The notes under the pieces are model-generated. The model did no database searches, was not told the DNA's origin, and saw only the letters and a list, made by a program, of their open reading frames with translations. The position numbers and the translations under genes are program-made. Below, one piece after another: positions 8,451 to 17,789 of a stretch of DNA of 41,962 nucleotides (position 1 is the stretch's first letter; every line of letters starts with the position of its first letter). The stretch spans positions 1-41,962 of the IMG/VR virus record IMGVR_UViG_3300027986_000017, one strand, 5' to 3'. The stretch comes from a virus (taxonomy: Duplodnaviria; Caudoviricetes).

Positions 8451-10003
8451 GCACCACGCCGCAGCTGATCTTTCAGATCCGGCCGGAAGGCTACGCGACG
8501 CTCACGATCGAGGCGCTGCAGTCGCTCACGCCGCAGGCCTCCGGCGGACCGACCGTTCAGCTCATCGATCCACCGATCCCGCAGCCGATCCTGGATGCCC
8601 AGCAGCTCGGGGATCCGCAGCAGCCGCCGCCCGACATAGTGACGTTGCTCAAGAACGCGCAAGCCACGCGTTTTTCAAAGCCGTGGATTCAGTGGTTCTG
8701 GCTGCTGAAGCGCTTTCTGTCTCAATCGCCTGGCGCATCGAACCAGCTCACGATCCTGGCGCCCTCGATTGACGAGACCGACGTCGCCTGGTACGCCACC
8801 GGCACCACCGACAATCACACGGATCCCATCACCTTCAACGCGACCCTCACCGGCCTGTCACGCTTCGGCGTACAAGTTACGGGGGGATCCGCCTACACCA
8901 ACGGCGACACGCTCACGATCTCGAGCTCGAACGGGCAAGGGCGGCCGGCGAAGGGGACCGCGGTCGTCACCGCCGGCGTGGTCACCGGCTTTACTCTCAC
9001 CGTCCAGGGCTACAACCTGCGCGCCCCTCTGACCGTCACCGGCGGCACGGGAACGGGCGCCGCGGCGACCCTCGGCCGGCAGTGGGCAGTCGGGGACTTC
9101 GTCGTCTGGAACGATCCGACGATCGTAAGCGGCGCCTACAGCTACGAAATCGACCAGATCACCAAGATTGTGCCCACCGACGACACGCACTTTTCCGTGA
9201 CTCTTGCAAGGCACGCGAGCGGCGGCGCGTCGGGCTTTGCCCAGTACGGCTCGAAGCTCAACGCGCACACAGCGCAGAACTTCTACCGGCTCATCAACAA
9301 AGAATTTCTCGCGAACCTGGACGTCTCCGCGGGCCCGCAGCTGCTGAAGTTTCTCTGGGATAACATGGCCGTCGCGGCGCTCTCGATCAACGGCGCCGGC
9401 GTCTCGCTGCTGCAGAACCTGGCGCCGCCTATCAACGCGACGCGATCGACCCCGCCTGCGCCTGGCCTCCGGACGATGAGCGGCGCCGCCTACATTTCGC
9501 TCAACATCTCGGGGTCGCTCGTCCCTGGCGGCCAGACCAACAAGGCCGACGCGTCGCAGGCCTGGGAAACGATCCGCACGGCTTACGCCAAGGTCGACAC
9601 GGCGCCGACGGGCGCGACGTCCTACACCGGGCCGAACGGAACCGTCGACGCCAACGCCGCAATTGTGGTGTACCTGTGCTGGGTGAGCCTCGCAAATGTG
9701 GTGCGGCTGATCGACATCCTGGTGATCGACGCCGGCAACTTCGCGAGCTTCTCGGCGGCGAATGCGCCCGATGGCCGGCAGATGCCGTTCCTCACGTTTT
9801 CGAACAAGGCGATCCAGTGGCCGCCCAACATGCTGCCGCTGTGCACCACAGCACTCGACGCCAACGGAAATCTGCTGCCGACGATGGGCTTCACCTGGAC
9901 CGACCTCCAGCCGTTCTCGCCGGACGGCTACATCCAGGCCGTCGTCGTCCAGGTGGGCGCGACGATCGAGGGGTCTAATTTGCGCGTGGTGCTTCAGACC
10001 TGA
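8447..10003 (+). CDS. Tail needle/fibre-like protein, no signal peptide
   Basis: Follows the nozzle gene; FSKPWIQWF motif; GGSAYT/QGYN..P..TGGTGTGAAAT beta repeats. Confidence 0.6.
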   Translation: MSTTPQLIFQIRPEGYATLTIEALQSLTPQASGGPTVQLIDPPIPQPILDAQQLGDPQQPPPDIVTLLKNAQATRFSKPWIQWFWLLKRFLSQSPGASNQLTILAPSIDETDVAWYATGTTDNHTDPITFNATLTGLSRFGVQVTGGSAYTNGDTLTISSSNGQGRPAKGTAVVTAGVVTGFTLTVQGYNLRAPLTVTGGTGTGAAATLGRQWAVGDFVVWNDPTIVSGAYSYEIDQITKIVPTDDTHFSVTLARHASGGASGFAQYGSKLNAHTAQNFYRLINKEFLANLDVSAGPQLLKFLWDNMAVAALSINGAGVSLLQNLAPPINATRSTPPAPGLRTMSGAAYISLNISGSLVPGGQTNKADASQAWETIRTAYAKVDTAPTGATSYTGPNGTVDANAAIVVYLCWVSLANVVRLIDILVIDAGNFASFSAANAPDGRQMPFLTFSNKAIQWPPNMLPLCTTALDANGNLLPTMGFTWTDLQPFSPDGYIQAVVVQVGATIEGSNLRVVLQT

Positions 10004-10012
10004 GGTGACTCT

Positions 10013-11134
10013 ATGGCTTTAAGATACGCGGAATCCTTCGGGCGATACGGCCCGGTCGGAAACGAAGCATTTCTCACGGACTACTGGACCGCGGCCGGCG
10101 GCGTGGTCCACCTGGTCACCGGCGACACCACCAGGGGAAATTTCCTGGGCCTCGGAGTCGAGCTGGTAGCGGGCGGATTGAACAGCGGCGCGCTCAGCAA
10201 GACGCTCACACACAAAGGCGGCTGGACGATGGGAGCGCGGATCTATTTCGGCCAGGCCGGCGGCTCGATCCAGGCGGCCTCGCTCATCAACGGGTTCCAC
10301 GCCGGGACGCTACTGGTGACCTGCCAGCTCAACGCCGACGGAACATTCTCGATCGCGTGCGGGTCAAACGTCGCGCCCGGCAGCGGATCGAGCGGAGGCA
10401 CGTCGAGCTTTTCGGCCCATGCTGGGCGAAAGTACTACGTCGAGCTGCAGGTCACCGGGATCGCGCTCGGTTCAAACGTGGCAGTCACCGCGACGATCCG
10501 CGTCAACGGCGTGCAGGTCGCACAGGGAACCACCAACACCGGCGTGAGCACGACGCAGCTGCTTCTTCAGACCGCGACGATCAACCGATGGGAGATCGCC
10601 GGACCGGCCGCCACGTCGTCGCATGTGTTTTCGGATATTTACATTGTCGACAGCGACGGGACCGTGCTCGTCAACGGCGTAGCGAAGGCAACTCCGCTCA
10701 GCACCTGGATGGGCGACATCAAGATTCAGCCGATCTTCCCCGCCAGCGACACGGCCACGATCCAGTGGACGCCGAGCCCGGGCGCGGCGCACTGGAACAT
10801 GTTGAACGAAGTGCCGCCCGACGAAGATACGACCTACGTGAAAAGCTCGACCGTGGGCCAGCAGGACATCTACAACTGGCAATCGATTCCGGGATTCACG
10901 GGCACCATCCAGGGCGTCGTGCTGAGCTTCCGCGCGCGCAAAGATGACGAAGGCACCAAGCAGTTCAAGCAAGTCGTCGGCGCCGGCGGCGCGTCGCAGT
11001 CGAGCGACACGTTTTCGGTGGGCGACGAGTACATCTACTACCACTTCGCCTATGACCTGGATCCCGCCACGTTCGCGCTGTGGACCCAGGCCGGGTTTAA
11101 CGGGACGCCCTTCGGCGTGAACCTGGTCGCCTGA
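10013..11134 (+). CDS. Tail-associated beta-sandwich (lectin-like) protein
   Basis: GAGG RBS; Gly/Thr-rich; YYVEL and SDIYI..D motifs; located in tail module. Confidence 0.6.
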   Translation: MALRYAESFGRYGPVGNEAFLTDYWTAAGGVVHLVTGDTTRGNFLGLGVELVAGGLNSGALSKTLTHKGGWTMGARIYFGQAGGSIQAASLINGFHAGTLLVTCQLNADGTFSIACGSNVAPGSGSSGGTSSFSAHAGRKYYVELQVTGIALGSNVAVTATIRVNGVQVAQGTTNTGVSTTQLLLQTATINRWEIAGPAATSSHVFSDIYIVDSDGTVLVNGVAKATPLSTWMGDIKIQPIFPASDTATIQWTPSPGAAHWNMLNEVPPDEDTTYVKSSTVGQQDIYNWQSIPGFTGTIQGVVLSFRARKDDEGTKQFKQVVGAGGASQSSDTFSVGDEYIYYHFAYDLDPATFALWTQAGFNGTPFGVNLVA

Positions 11135-12075
11135 TGGCCATCGTCTACCAGAATTTCGACGCCCTGACTGTCGGGGCGACCTCGGTGCCCGGCTTCATCG
11201 TCGGAGGCAGCGGATCCGTCGTCACGCCTGGCGTCCATCTGGGCATCAACGGAAACGCCGGCAACGCCTGGCAGATGCGCGAAGGCTCGATTCTGTTCGA
11301 CGGTTTCTCGGCGCCGATCCCCGCGGTGAATGCGTGGTTTTCCTGGAAGCACACGGCCTCGATTGCCTGCGGCCGCATGGTCGCCTTCGGTCAGTGGGAC
11401 GCGGTCGACCAAAACGCCTTCGTGATCTTCGGCTGGCTCCAGCAGGAATCCGATTACAGCTTCTCGATCTATGCGTCGGGCACCCGCGGCAGCTTCGGGA
11501 CGGGTTTGATTGACAACACCGGCTTGCACGCTCCTGGGGATGGCGGCGTACTGCAGCAGCGCGCCGATCAGCGCTTCGGAATCTTTTTCGAGGTGGATGT
11601 CTCGCTCGGCGCATCCGTCATCGGCGGCATCAACTTCGTCACGATCGGGTTCAGTGTGTACGCCGACGGCGAGCTGATTCTCTCGGGCTCGCTCGCAACG
11701 GACCAGGTGGTCGGTGCCACTTTGGGAACTCACGGCGGCACGATCGCGAGCGATTGCAACTGGGTGCGCTGGGAAGCCGGCGGCGCGCTGAACTCGGCCG
11801 AAATCGACGAGGTGACGATCGACATTCCTCCGATGACGTCCCCGACCTATCCCAACCCCGGAAGCCCGAAAGCCCGCGTGACTCAGGGCGTCATCGAAGC
11901 CAACATCCTGCCCTCCACCGCGAACGTGCGGGCGACGCAGGGCGTGATCGAGGCGAACATTCTGCCGTCGACGGCCAGCATCCGGATTACGCAAGCCGTG
12001 ATCGAGCTGCTGCTCGGAAGCCGGCCAGGCGCGGGGCCTGAGTACATCAAGCGCCGGCTCCCCGGCAGTTCCTGA
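11134..12075 (+). CDS. Tail-associated protein with C-terminal 18-aa repeats
   Basis: TGATG coupling to upstream gene; RxTQGVIEANILPSTA repeated about 2.5 times. Confidence 0.65.
   Translation: MAIVYQNFDALTVGATSVPGFIVGGSGSVVTPGVHLGINGNAGNAWQMREGSILFDGFSAPIPAVNAWFSWKHTASIACGRMVAFGQWDAVDQNAFVIFGWLQQESDYSFSIYASGTRGSFGTGLIDNTGLHAPGDGGVLQQRADQRFGIFFEVDVSLGASVIGGINFVTIGFSVYADGELILSGSLATDQVVGATLGTHGGTIASDCNWVRWEAGGALNSAEIDEVTIDIPPMTSPTYPNPGSPKARVTQGVIEANILPSTANVRATQGVIEANILPSTASIRITQAVIELLLGSRPGAGPEYIKRRLPGSS
11875..12006 (+). repeat. 54-nt coding tandem repeat, about 2.5 units
   Basis: RVTQGVIEANILPSTANV / RATQGVIEANILPSTASI / RITQAVIE, with synonymous divergence. Confidence 0.9.
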
Positions 12076-12089
12076 CGAGTGGCGACTAT
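12076..12089 (+). promoter_or_regulatory. CGAGTGGCGACTAT late-promoter-like motif (ejection module)
   Basis: Intergenic; core identical to sites at 26382, 27391 and 37363. Confidence 0.7.
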
Positions 12090-12146
12090 ACCAGTGGGTT
12101 CGGTTCCTGCGCACTTCCCTAGAAAGCGCTGTTCAGCGAGAACGGC

Positions 12147-13376
12147 GTGGCAGGATTCATTGCACCCATCATCGGGGGGATCGGCTCCCTCATCGGCGGA
12201 ATCTTCGGCGGCTCTGCGGCCAACAAAGCAGGGCGCGCGATCCAGGCCGCGGGAAACAACAGCGGCAATCAGATTTCAAAGGACGCCTGGGGCGGAAACC
12301 AGGCGATCAGCGGTGCCGTCGCCGGCGGCGCCCAGGATTACGACTGGGCCAAGGGCGGCGTCGACCAGGCGGTGCAGGCCGGGCAATACGGCGTAAACCA
12401 GGCCGGCCAGCAGGCGATCTCCGGCATCTACGGCGCCCGCGACGACGCCAACCAGAACAACTACTCGCTTTACAACCAGCAGATGCAGGGTCTCAATCCC
12501 TACCTGCAGGCTGGCCAGGGCGGGATCAACGCGGCCGGGCAGCTGGTCGGCCAGGGGTTCCACGCTCCCACCGCGGCCGAGGCCGAGGCGACGCCCGGCT
12601 TCCAATTCCAGATGCAGCAGGGCCTCAACGGCCTTACGCAGCAGTTCGGGGCGAGCGGCGGCGCAGCCACCGGCGGGGCATTGAAGGCGCTCACGCAGTA
12701 CGGCCAGGGGGTCGCCTCGACCTACTACCAGAACGCTTTCAACAATTCGCTCAACGCGTACAACACGAATCTCGGCGGCGCGCTCGCGCTCGGCCAGCAG
12801 GGCCTGCAGGCCTCCGGACTCGCGGACCAGGCGACGCAGAACTACGGCAATCTCTACAACTCTAACACCATGGGCGCGGCGCAATATGCCGGCAACATGG
12901 GCGTCGGAACCGCGGAGTACGGCTCCAACCTCGGAATGCAGGGCGCCGGCATCGACGCGAATCTGCTGACTGGCAAAGCAGGCTTTCAGCTCGGAGGCAC
13001 CGAAGCCGCGCAGAACTACCAGATGCAGGGCGACGTCAACGCCGGCAACTTCTACATGCAGGGCGCGCAGGGCTACGCGGCCGGCAAGATGGGCCAGGCG
13101 AACGCCTGGAGCGGAGCGGCCTCGGGAATCGGCAACGCGTTCAGCGCGATGCCGTTCGGCGGAAATACTTCGGGCGGAAACGGCGGATGGGGCGGAGTCG
13201 GAATCGGCGGCATGATGACCGGGCCGGGCAACCCGTGGGGCATGCCGTATGGTCCGCCTGCGCCGAGTGGGGATGCTCTCCACCTGCAGGGCAGTGTGGC
13301 CTATGATCCGTCGACCGGAATCAACGGGCTCGCGACTGCGATGCAGGGTCTCAATCCTTGGGGGGTGCCGGCATAA
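12147..13376 (+). CDS. DNA transfer (ejection) protein, P22 gp7-like
   Basis: Gly-rich hydrophobic N-terminus; LNPYLQAG, TPGFQFQMQQG and GGALKALTQYGQGVAS motifs. Confidence 0.8.
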   Translation: MAGFIAPIIGGIGSLIGGIFGGSAANKAGRAIQAAGNNSGNQISKDAWGGNQAISGAVAGGAQDYDWAKGGVDQAVQAGQYGVNQAGQQAISGIYGARDDANQNNYSLYNQQMQGLNPYLQAGQGGINAAGQLVGQGFHAPTAAEAEATPGFQFQMQQGLNGLTQQFGASGGAATGGALKALTQYGQGVASTYYQNAFNNSLNAYNTNLGGALALGQQGLQASGLADQATQNYGNLYNSNTMGAAQYAGNMGVGTAEYGSNLGMQGAGIDANLLTGKAGFQLGGTEAAQNYQMQGDVNAGNFYMQGAQGYAAGKMGQANAWSGAASGIGNAFSAMPFGGNTSGGNGGWGGVGIGGMMTGPGNPWGMPYGPPAPSGDALHLQGSVAYDPSTGINGLATAMQGLNPWGVPA

Positions 13377-14957
13377 ATGGGCGGCTTACTTTCACAGATC
13401 GCAGCAGGGCCCCGGCCCGTCGAGATCGATCCGACGCTTGCACTGAAGCGGCGCATCATGCTGGCCGACATGCAGGCCCAGCAGGCCGAGCGCATGGCGC
13501 AGGCTCAGACGCTCCAGCAAAAAGCCCAGGAGCAGCAGGCCGCGTTCCAGGACCAGACCGCGCTGCGGCGCGCATTCACCGAATCAAACGGCGATTTCGA
13601 CAAGCTGCCCGAGCTCGCGATCTCCTACGGCGCGCGTGTGCCCGCGGTTCAGGCCGCGCAACAGTCGCACGAAACACTGGTTACCGGGTTACTCGGAAAC
13701 GCCAAAACCCAGAACGAGCTCGCGATGTCGCACCACGAGCAGCTTAGCCGCGCCGTCGACGGGATCTCGCAGCTTCCTCCTGAACAACGCGACGCCGCGA
13801 TGTCGGGATTCTGGCAAAAAGCTCAGCAGTGGCTTCCTCCTCAGGAGCTCCAGACCGCGCAACAGACCTTCGGATCGACCGACGACAAGACGCTACAGGC
13901 CTTTAAGGCGACGCTCGACTACGGCGGAAATCTCGCAAAGGAAGCGATCGAGCGGCAAACGGCGCAGGCGAAAACTACCGAAGCCGCCACCGGCGTCGCC
14001 AAAGAAAACCGGGAAGCCGTCACGTCCGCGGCCGCCCTCCCTGGAGTCCAGGCCGAAGCCGAGAAAAAGCAGATGATCACTGACCTGATGAAACAGTCTC
14101 AGACTGATCCATCGAAGGGTTTGGCCGCGATCGATCTGGCGCTCGATCCCAAGCTCGACCCGCAGACCAATACGGCTCTGAAGGCCGCCTATCAAGCGAT
14201 GATCCAGTCCGGAAATGTGGAAGGCGCGGCGGGGATCGTGAAAACGGCCGCCGAACATACCGCGTCTCTCAGTGACGCTGCCCGCCAGAAGAAAGTCGCG
14301 GACGCGATCTCTGTCGAAAAGGCTACTACGCCGTTGAAGATTCAGCAGGCGGTCGCCACGGCGCGCGCCATGAATGGAACCGGAGCGGTCGCAAACGTTC
14401 CGCCTCACCTCGCACCGACAGCCATCGCTGACTACCAGAAGTCAGGCACGACTTTCGCCAATGCGCTCACGCACGCAGAGGAGGTCCAGAAAGTGCTCGA
14501 CATGGCTTCCTCGGGCAACAAAGCAGCTGGTGCCAATGTTCCCCTCGTAGGCGTCGGCGCTCTGAACGCGATCAACGGCATCAAGCGAATCAACTCGGCC
14601 GAAATCGCGCAGTACGGAACCGCGGGAAGCCTGCTCGACAAAATCCAGGGCAAGTTGAAGGGATGGACGGAAGGCCAACCCATTCCGAACGACGTCCTCA
14701 ACGACATGAAGGCCCTGCACGCGCAGCTCGCCCAGGGCGCTTCGATGCAGCACACGCGCGAGGTCCAGTCGATCAATCAGGCCTATGGATCGAACTTCGC
14801 TCCGATGAAGTTCGATGCAGCCAACAATGGCCCGGCTACCGTTCCGGACCCGGTGAAGAAGCTGCTGAGCTCCGCAACCGTGAACCCCGGCATCCACACC
14901 CTGACCGACGGGTCGAAGTGGATGAAGGCCGCGGACGGAACGATCTCGAAGCAATAA
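13377..14957 (+). CDS. Putative ejection/internal virion protein (gp20 position)
   Basis: Ala/Gln/Lys-rich helical protein directly after the gp7-like gene. Confidence 0.6.
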   Translation: MGGLLSQIAAGPRPVEIDPTLALKRRIMLADMQAQQAERMAQAQTLQQKAQEQQAAFQDQTALRRAFTESNGDFDKLPELAISYGARVPAVQAAQQSHETLVTGLLGNAKTQNELAMSHHEQLSRAVDGISQLPPEQRDAAMSGFWQKAQQWLPPQELQTAQQTFGSTDDKTLQAFKATLDYGGNLAKEAIERQTAQAKTTEAATGVAKENREAVTSAAALPGVQAEAEKKQMITDLMKQSQTDPSKGLAAIDLALDPKLDPQTNTALKAAYQAMIQSGNVEGAAGIVKTAAEHTASLSDAARQKKVADAISVEKATTPLKIQQAVATARAMNGTGAVANVPPHLAPTAIADYQKSGTTFANALTHAEEVQKVLDMASSGNKAAGANVPLVGVGALNAINGIKRINSAEIAQYGTAGSLLDKIQGKLKGWTEGQPIPNDVLNDMKALHAQLAQGASMQHTREVQSINQAYGSNFAPMKFDAANNGPATVPDPVKKLLSSATVNPGIHTLTDGSKWMKAADGTISKQ

Positions 14958-14958
14958 G

Positions 14959-16152
14959 ATGGCTGACCAGCAGCTCAGTATTTCGGATTCCCAGCCTCTT
15001 CCAGCGGCAGGTCTCGGCATTGCGAACAGCGAGCCGCTGCCCGAACAAACACCCAGCGCGTTCTGGAATGGCGTCAAAGAAGCCGCGCGCAACCTGCCCT
15101 CTTCGGCTCTCCGCGCGATCCAGAACATTCCGCGGCCCGGACTTGGGGCGCCGAACCTCCGCGTCGATCCGCAAAACAAACAACTCATCGACGGCGACAC
15201 CGGAAAGCCCTGGGCTCCGGATCCAGTCGAGGAAGTCAAAGGCTGGTGGAACAACATCAAGCAGCGCTACGGCAGCTACGACCAGGCCCTGGAAACCGCG
15301 AAGAAAGACCCAGCTGGGGTCGCGCTCGATCTGGCGTTACTGACCCGCGGCGCCGTGGGAGCTGGGGAAGCTGGACTCGCAACGCCACCAGGCCAGGCTG
15401 TCGCCCGCGCGGCGGATGCCGCGGCAACGGGAGTGACGGCCGCAGCTCCGGACGTCTTGAAGGGCGCGGCAAAAACCGCAGGTGGAGCGGCGGCGACCGT
15501 AGCGGCTGAGCATTTCGGTGGTCCAGCGGTCGGCATTGCGACGGCGCTGGGGACGAAAACGCTGGTGAAGAACGGCCTGCGGCAAATGGGAGCCGGACTT
15601 GTAAGCGGCAGAGATGCCGTGATCGCCCGCCTGCAGGCGCTCAAGGAACAGGCCGCCGCGGCCGAGGCTCCTCCGATGGCCGGAGTGGTCGACATGCCTC
15701 ATCCCGCCGCGGCGGATTTCAGCTGGCCCACCGAGATGGGCGGCCCCGAGCTGCCGACGGGCGTGATGAGCCGCAGGCTGCCGAAGGCCCTCCCGGAAGC
15801 ATCCGGCCAGCCGATCACGCCCGACACCAGCGCGATCGCGGCGGCGAAAGCTCTTTCCGACGAGCTGGGCGTCGACACCTCGAAAGTCGCGGCGAAACCT
15901 GCGAGTCCGGACTTCGAAGCGATCGCCCGTCAAAAGAAAGCTACGGCTCTCGCTCACGTGCTCGACGAAGCGGGGATTTCACACCAGGACCTGGCTATGC
16001 TGCCGCTCAAGGAACAGCAGCAGCACCTCGGGGCGCTGGTGAAAGAGCTCAAGCTGAACCAAACCGGTCAGATCTCGCCTGAATCGATCGATCAAACGCT
16101 GTTCGAGCTGCGGAAGCTGCAGAAAGCCGCGCAGCCCGCGGCGGCGCAGTAA
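14959..16152 (+). CDS. Putative ejection/internal virion protein
   Basis: Ala-rich with hydrophobic Gly/Ala stretches; last gene of the late operon. Confidence 0.5.
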   Translation: MADQQLSISDSQPLPAAGLGIANSEPLPEQTPSAFWNGVKEAARNLPSSALRAIQNIPRPGLGAPNLRVDPQNKQLIDGDTGKPWAPDPVEEVKGWWNNIKQRYGSYDQALETAKKDPAGVALDLALLTRGAVGAGEAGLATPPGQAVARAADAAATGVTAAAPDVLKGAAKTAGGAAATVAAEHFGGPAVGIATALGTKTLVKNGLRQMGAGLVSGRDAVIARLQALKEQAAAAEAPPMAGVVDMPHPAAADFSWPTEMGGPELPTGVMSRRLPKALPEASGQPITPDTSAIAAAKALSDELGVDTSKVAAKPASPDFEAIARQKKATALAHVLDEAGISHQDLAMLPLKEQQQHLGALVKELKLNQTGQISPESIDQTLFELRKLQKAAQPAAAQ

Positions 16153-16578
16153 CTATAGGCGGGGATTGCGAAACAGCAGGCCTTCCAGCGCCCGCTTCCT
16201 GAATTGCCAAAATTCGCGTTCCTGTCCGTCGATGAGCAAGCGGCACTCGCCGTCGTCGTTCAGGGTCAGCGTGGCCTGGAAGAGCACCTTGTCGTCGGCG
16301 TCAGCCACGACGATGGCGTTGTCGGCCAGCGCGAATTTGACGATCTTGCCTGAGATCCGATTGCCCGCCGCAGCGACGGCGAAACTAGAGCCGTTGCCGA
16401 TGTAGGTGTAGGAATAGTCCGCTTGGCCTTGGAGCTGTTCCTTCCGCGCCTTGACATCTTCCTGGATCTGCATCCGGAGAGTTTCAAAAACGGTCGAAAG
16501 TTGGCAGGATGATAGCGCCGCGACCCAATCGATGTTCTTCACCGTTTTAGTGTACTCGCCGCTGCCAGCGCGGGTCAC
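16153..16578 (-). CDS. Hypothetical protein of the leftward (probably lysogenic) operon
   Basis: GTGA overlap with upstream gene; stop codon abuts 16152 tail-to-tail. Confidence 0.7.
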   Translation of the reverse strand: MTRAGSGEYTKTVKNIDWVAALSSCQLSTVFETLRMQIQEDVKARKEQLQGQADYSYTYIGNGSSFAVAAAGNRISGKIVKFALADNAIVVADADDKVLFQATLTLNDDGECRLLIDGQEREFWQFRKRALEGLLFRNPRL

Positions 16579-16949
16579 TGGGGCGGGTTGTATATCGCTC
16601 GGATTTTACGCAGAAACTCCGCTACCTCGGCCTCGGACTTGCCGATCAGTCGCATGTTGAAGGCGGCCAGGGCGACTGCGATGGGAAGCTGCCCGTTTTC
16701 GGGCGCTTCATACACCTTGTCGATTCCCGTGGTCAATTCGCCCATTGTGGCGCGCGGCTTGGAGCTTGTCGTCGTTGCGTTTTCTGACCAGCCCCAGTGC
16801 TCCATGTAGCCGATCACAAAATGAAGCCTCTCGTTGTGATCGAGAGCCCGCCAAAAACGACCGTTTAGATACCCCTCCGTCTGCTGGCTTGCTGGAATCT
16901 GCGCTGTGCAGCATCCGGCAGCAAACACCGCGAGTATCACAGTCTTCAT
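16575..16949 (-). CDS. Exported small helical protein; candidate superinfection exclusion
   Basis: MKTVILAVFAAGCCTA-Q leader (possible weak lipobox); position next to ejection genes. Confidence 0.65.
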   Translation of the reverse strand: MKTVILAVFAAGCCTAQIPASQQTEGYLNGRFWRALDHNERLHFVIGYMEHWGWSENATTTSSKPRATMGELTTGIDKVYEAPENGQLPIAVALAAFNMRLIGKSEAEVAEFLRKIRAIYNPPQ

Positions 16950-17119
16950 GCCTTCGTCTTCACCTTCGACTTGCGTCTCGCTTCGCGCGCCGCCACGGCC
17001 TGGTGCGCAATTTCCAGGCGGCGCTCGGGAGACAGCAGAGCGAATCCTTTCGCTATGCCGCGAACTTGGCCGCCCTTTCGGCCGAGAGCGACAGCCGCAG
17101 GGTTTTTTCGTTTCGCCAT
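16946..17119 (-). CDS. 57-aa basic KGG-type protein (MAKRKNPAAVALGRKGG...LSPERRLEIAHQA); candidate repressor; absent from ORF track
   Basis: Manual translation; ATGA coupling to the 16949 gene; ATG lies 6 nt after a TAGAAT -10 (leaderless). Confidence 0.8.
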   Translation of the reverse strand: MAKRKNPAAVALGRKGGQVRGIAKGFALLSPERRLEIAHQAVAAREARRKSKVKTKA

Positions 17120-17125
17120 GGCGAG

Positions 17126-17155
17126 ATTCTACCGTAAGCGATTATGGACAGGCAA
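17126..17155 (-). promoter_or_regulatory. Leftward sigma70 promoter TTGCCT-N18-TAGAAT with operator in the spacer
   Basis: Spacer contains CCGTAAGCGATTATGG (17132-17147). Confidence 0.7.
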
Positions 17156-17177
17156 GGTACTAAGGCAAAAATGCATC

Positions 17178-17207
17178 TTGCGATCCATAAGCGCTCATGG
17201 TTATAAT
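17178..17207 (+). promoter_or_regulatory. Rightward sigma70 promoter TTGCGA-N18-TATAAT with operator in the spacer
   Basis: Spacer contains CCATAAGCGCTCATGG (17185-17200). Confidence 0.75.
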
Positions 17208-17225
17208 GGGATCGTAAGTTGAAGC

Positions 17226-17259
17226 GGATCTGGAGACGGTTGCAGCCGCCTCCAGGTCC
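17226..17259 (+). other. Leader RNA hairpin
   Basis: GGATCTGGAGACGGT-TGCA-GCCGCCTCCAGGTCC. Confidence 0.55.
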
Positions 17260-17289
17260 TAAACACCGAGAAAGGGTTGGGCTCTCACG

Positions 17290-17700
17290 ATGTCTGAAAC
17301 TCAGACTAGCACCTTAAGCGCTTACGACGGAGAATGCGAATGCCGCCCGTGTGCAAAATGCGACGGGGAAGGCGAGTTTTCCCGCTACGTTCCAGGCGGC
17401 TACTTCACCACGCGCGGCCTCCAGCGCGAATATCAACGCGTTGAAACCTGCCTGGCCTGCCACGGCACGGGCAAAGACTCTGACGACTGCGCGGTCCACG
17501 ATCGCCGCGAAGATCCGGCGCCGCTGGGCGCCTTCGATCCGCGCTGGGGAATCACGGCCGCCCAGCTCGGTTTAAACGAGACGGGGATCGACGACTCGGG
17601 CGAGGCCTGCGACGCCTGCAACGCGGGCTATCACGACGAGCTGCTGATCGGCCCGAAAAAGTGCGCCTGCGCCTGCCACGCGGAACGGAGCGCGGCATGA
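17290..17700 (+). CDS. Cys-rich zinc-finger protein (DnaJ-type CxxCxGxG)
   Basis: CAKCDGEG, CLACHGTG, CDAC, CACACH. Confidence 0.7.
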   Translation: MSETQTSTLSAYDGECECRPCAKCDGEGEFSRYVPGGYFTTRGLQREYQRVETCLACHGTGKDSDDCAVHDRREDPAPLGAFDPRWGITAAQLGLNETGIDDSGEACDACNAGYHDELLIGPKKCACACHAERSAA

Positions 17701-17789
17701 TCGCCACATTCCAGGCCGCCTGCTTTGCGATCGGCGTCGCGTTTTTCGCCGCCGCCGTCCTGATGATGATCACCCGGAGGAAGGTATGA
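17697..17789 (+). CDS. 30-aa single-TM peptide (MIATFQAACFAIGVAFFAAAVLMMITRRKV)
   Basis: ATGA overlaps at both ends; GGAG RBS. Confidence 0.6.
   Translation: MIATFQAACFAIGVAFFAAAVLMMITRRKV

Noticed and set aside
10002-10012. GAGGTGACTCT as a late-motif variant
   Set aside because: Better explained as the Shine-Dalgarno sequence of 10013
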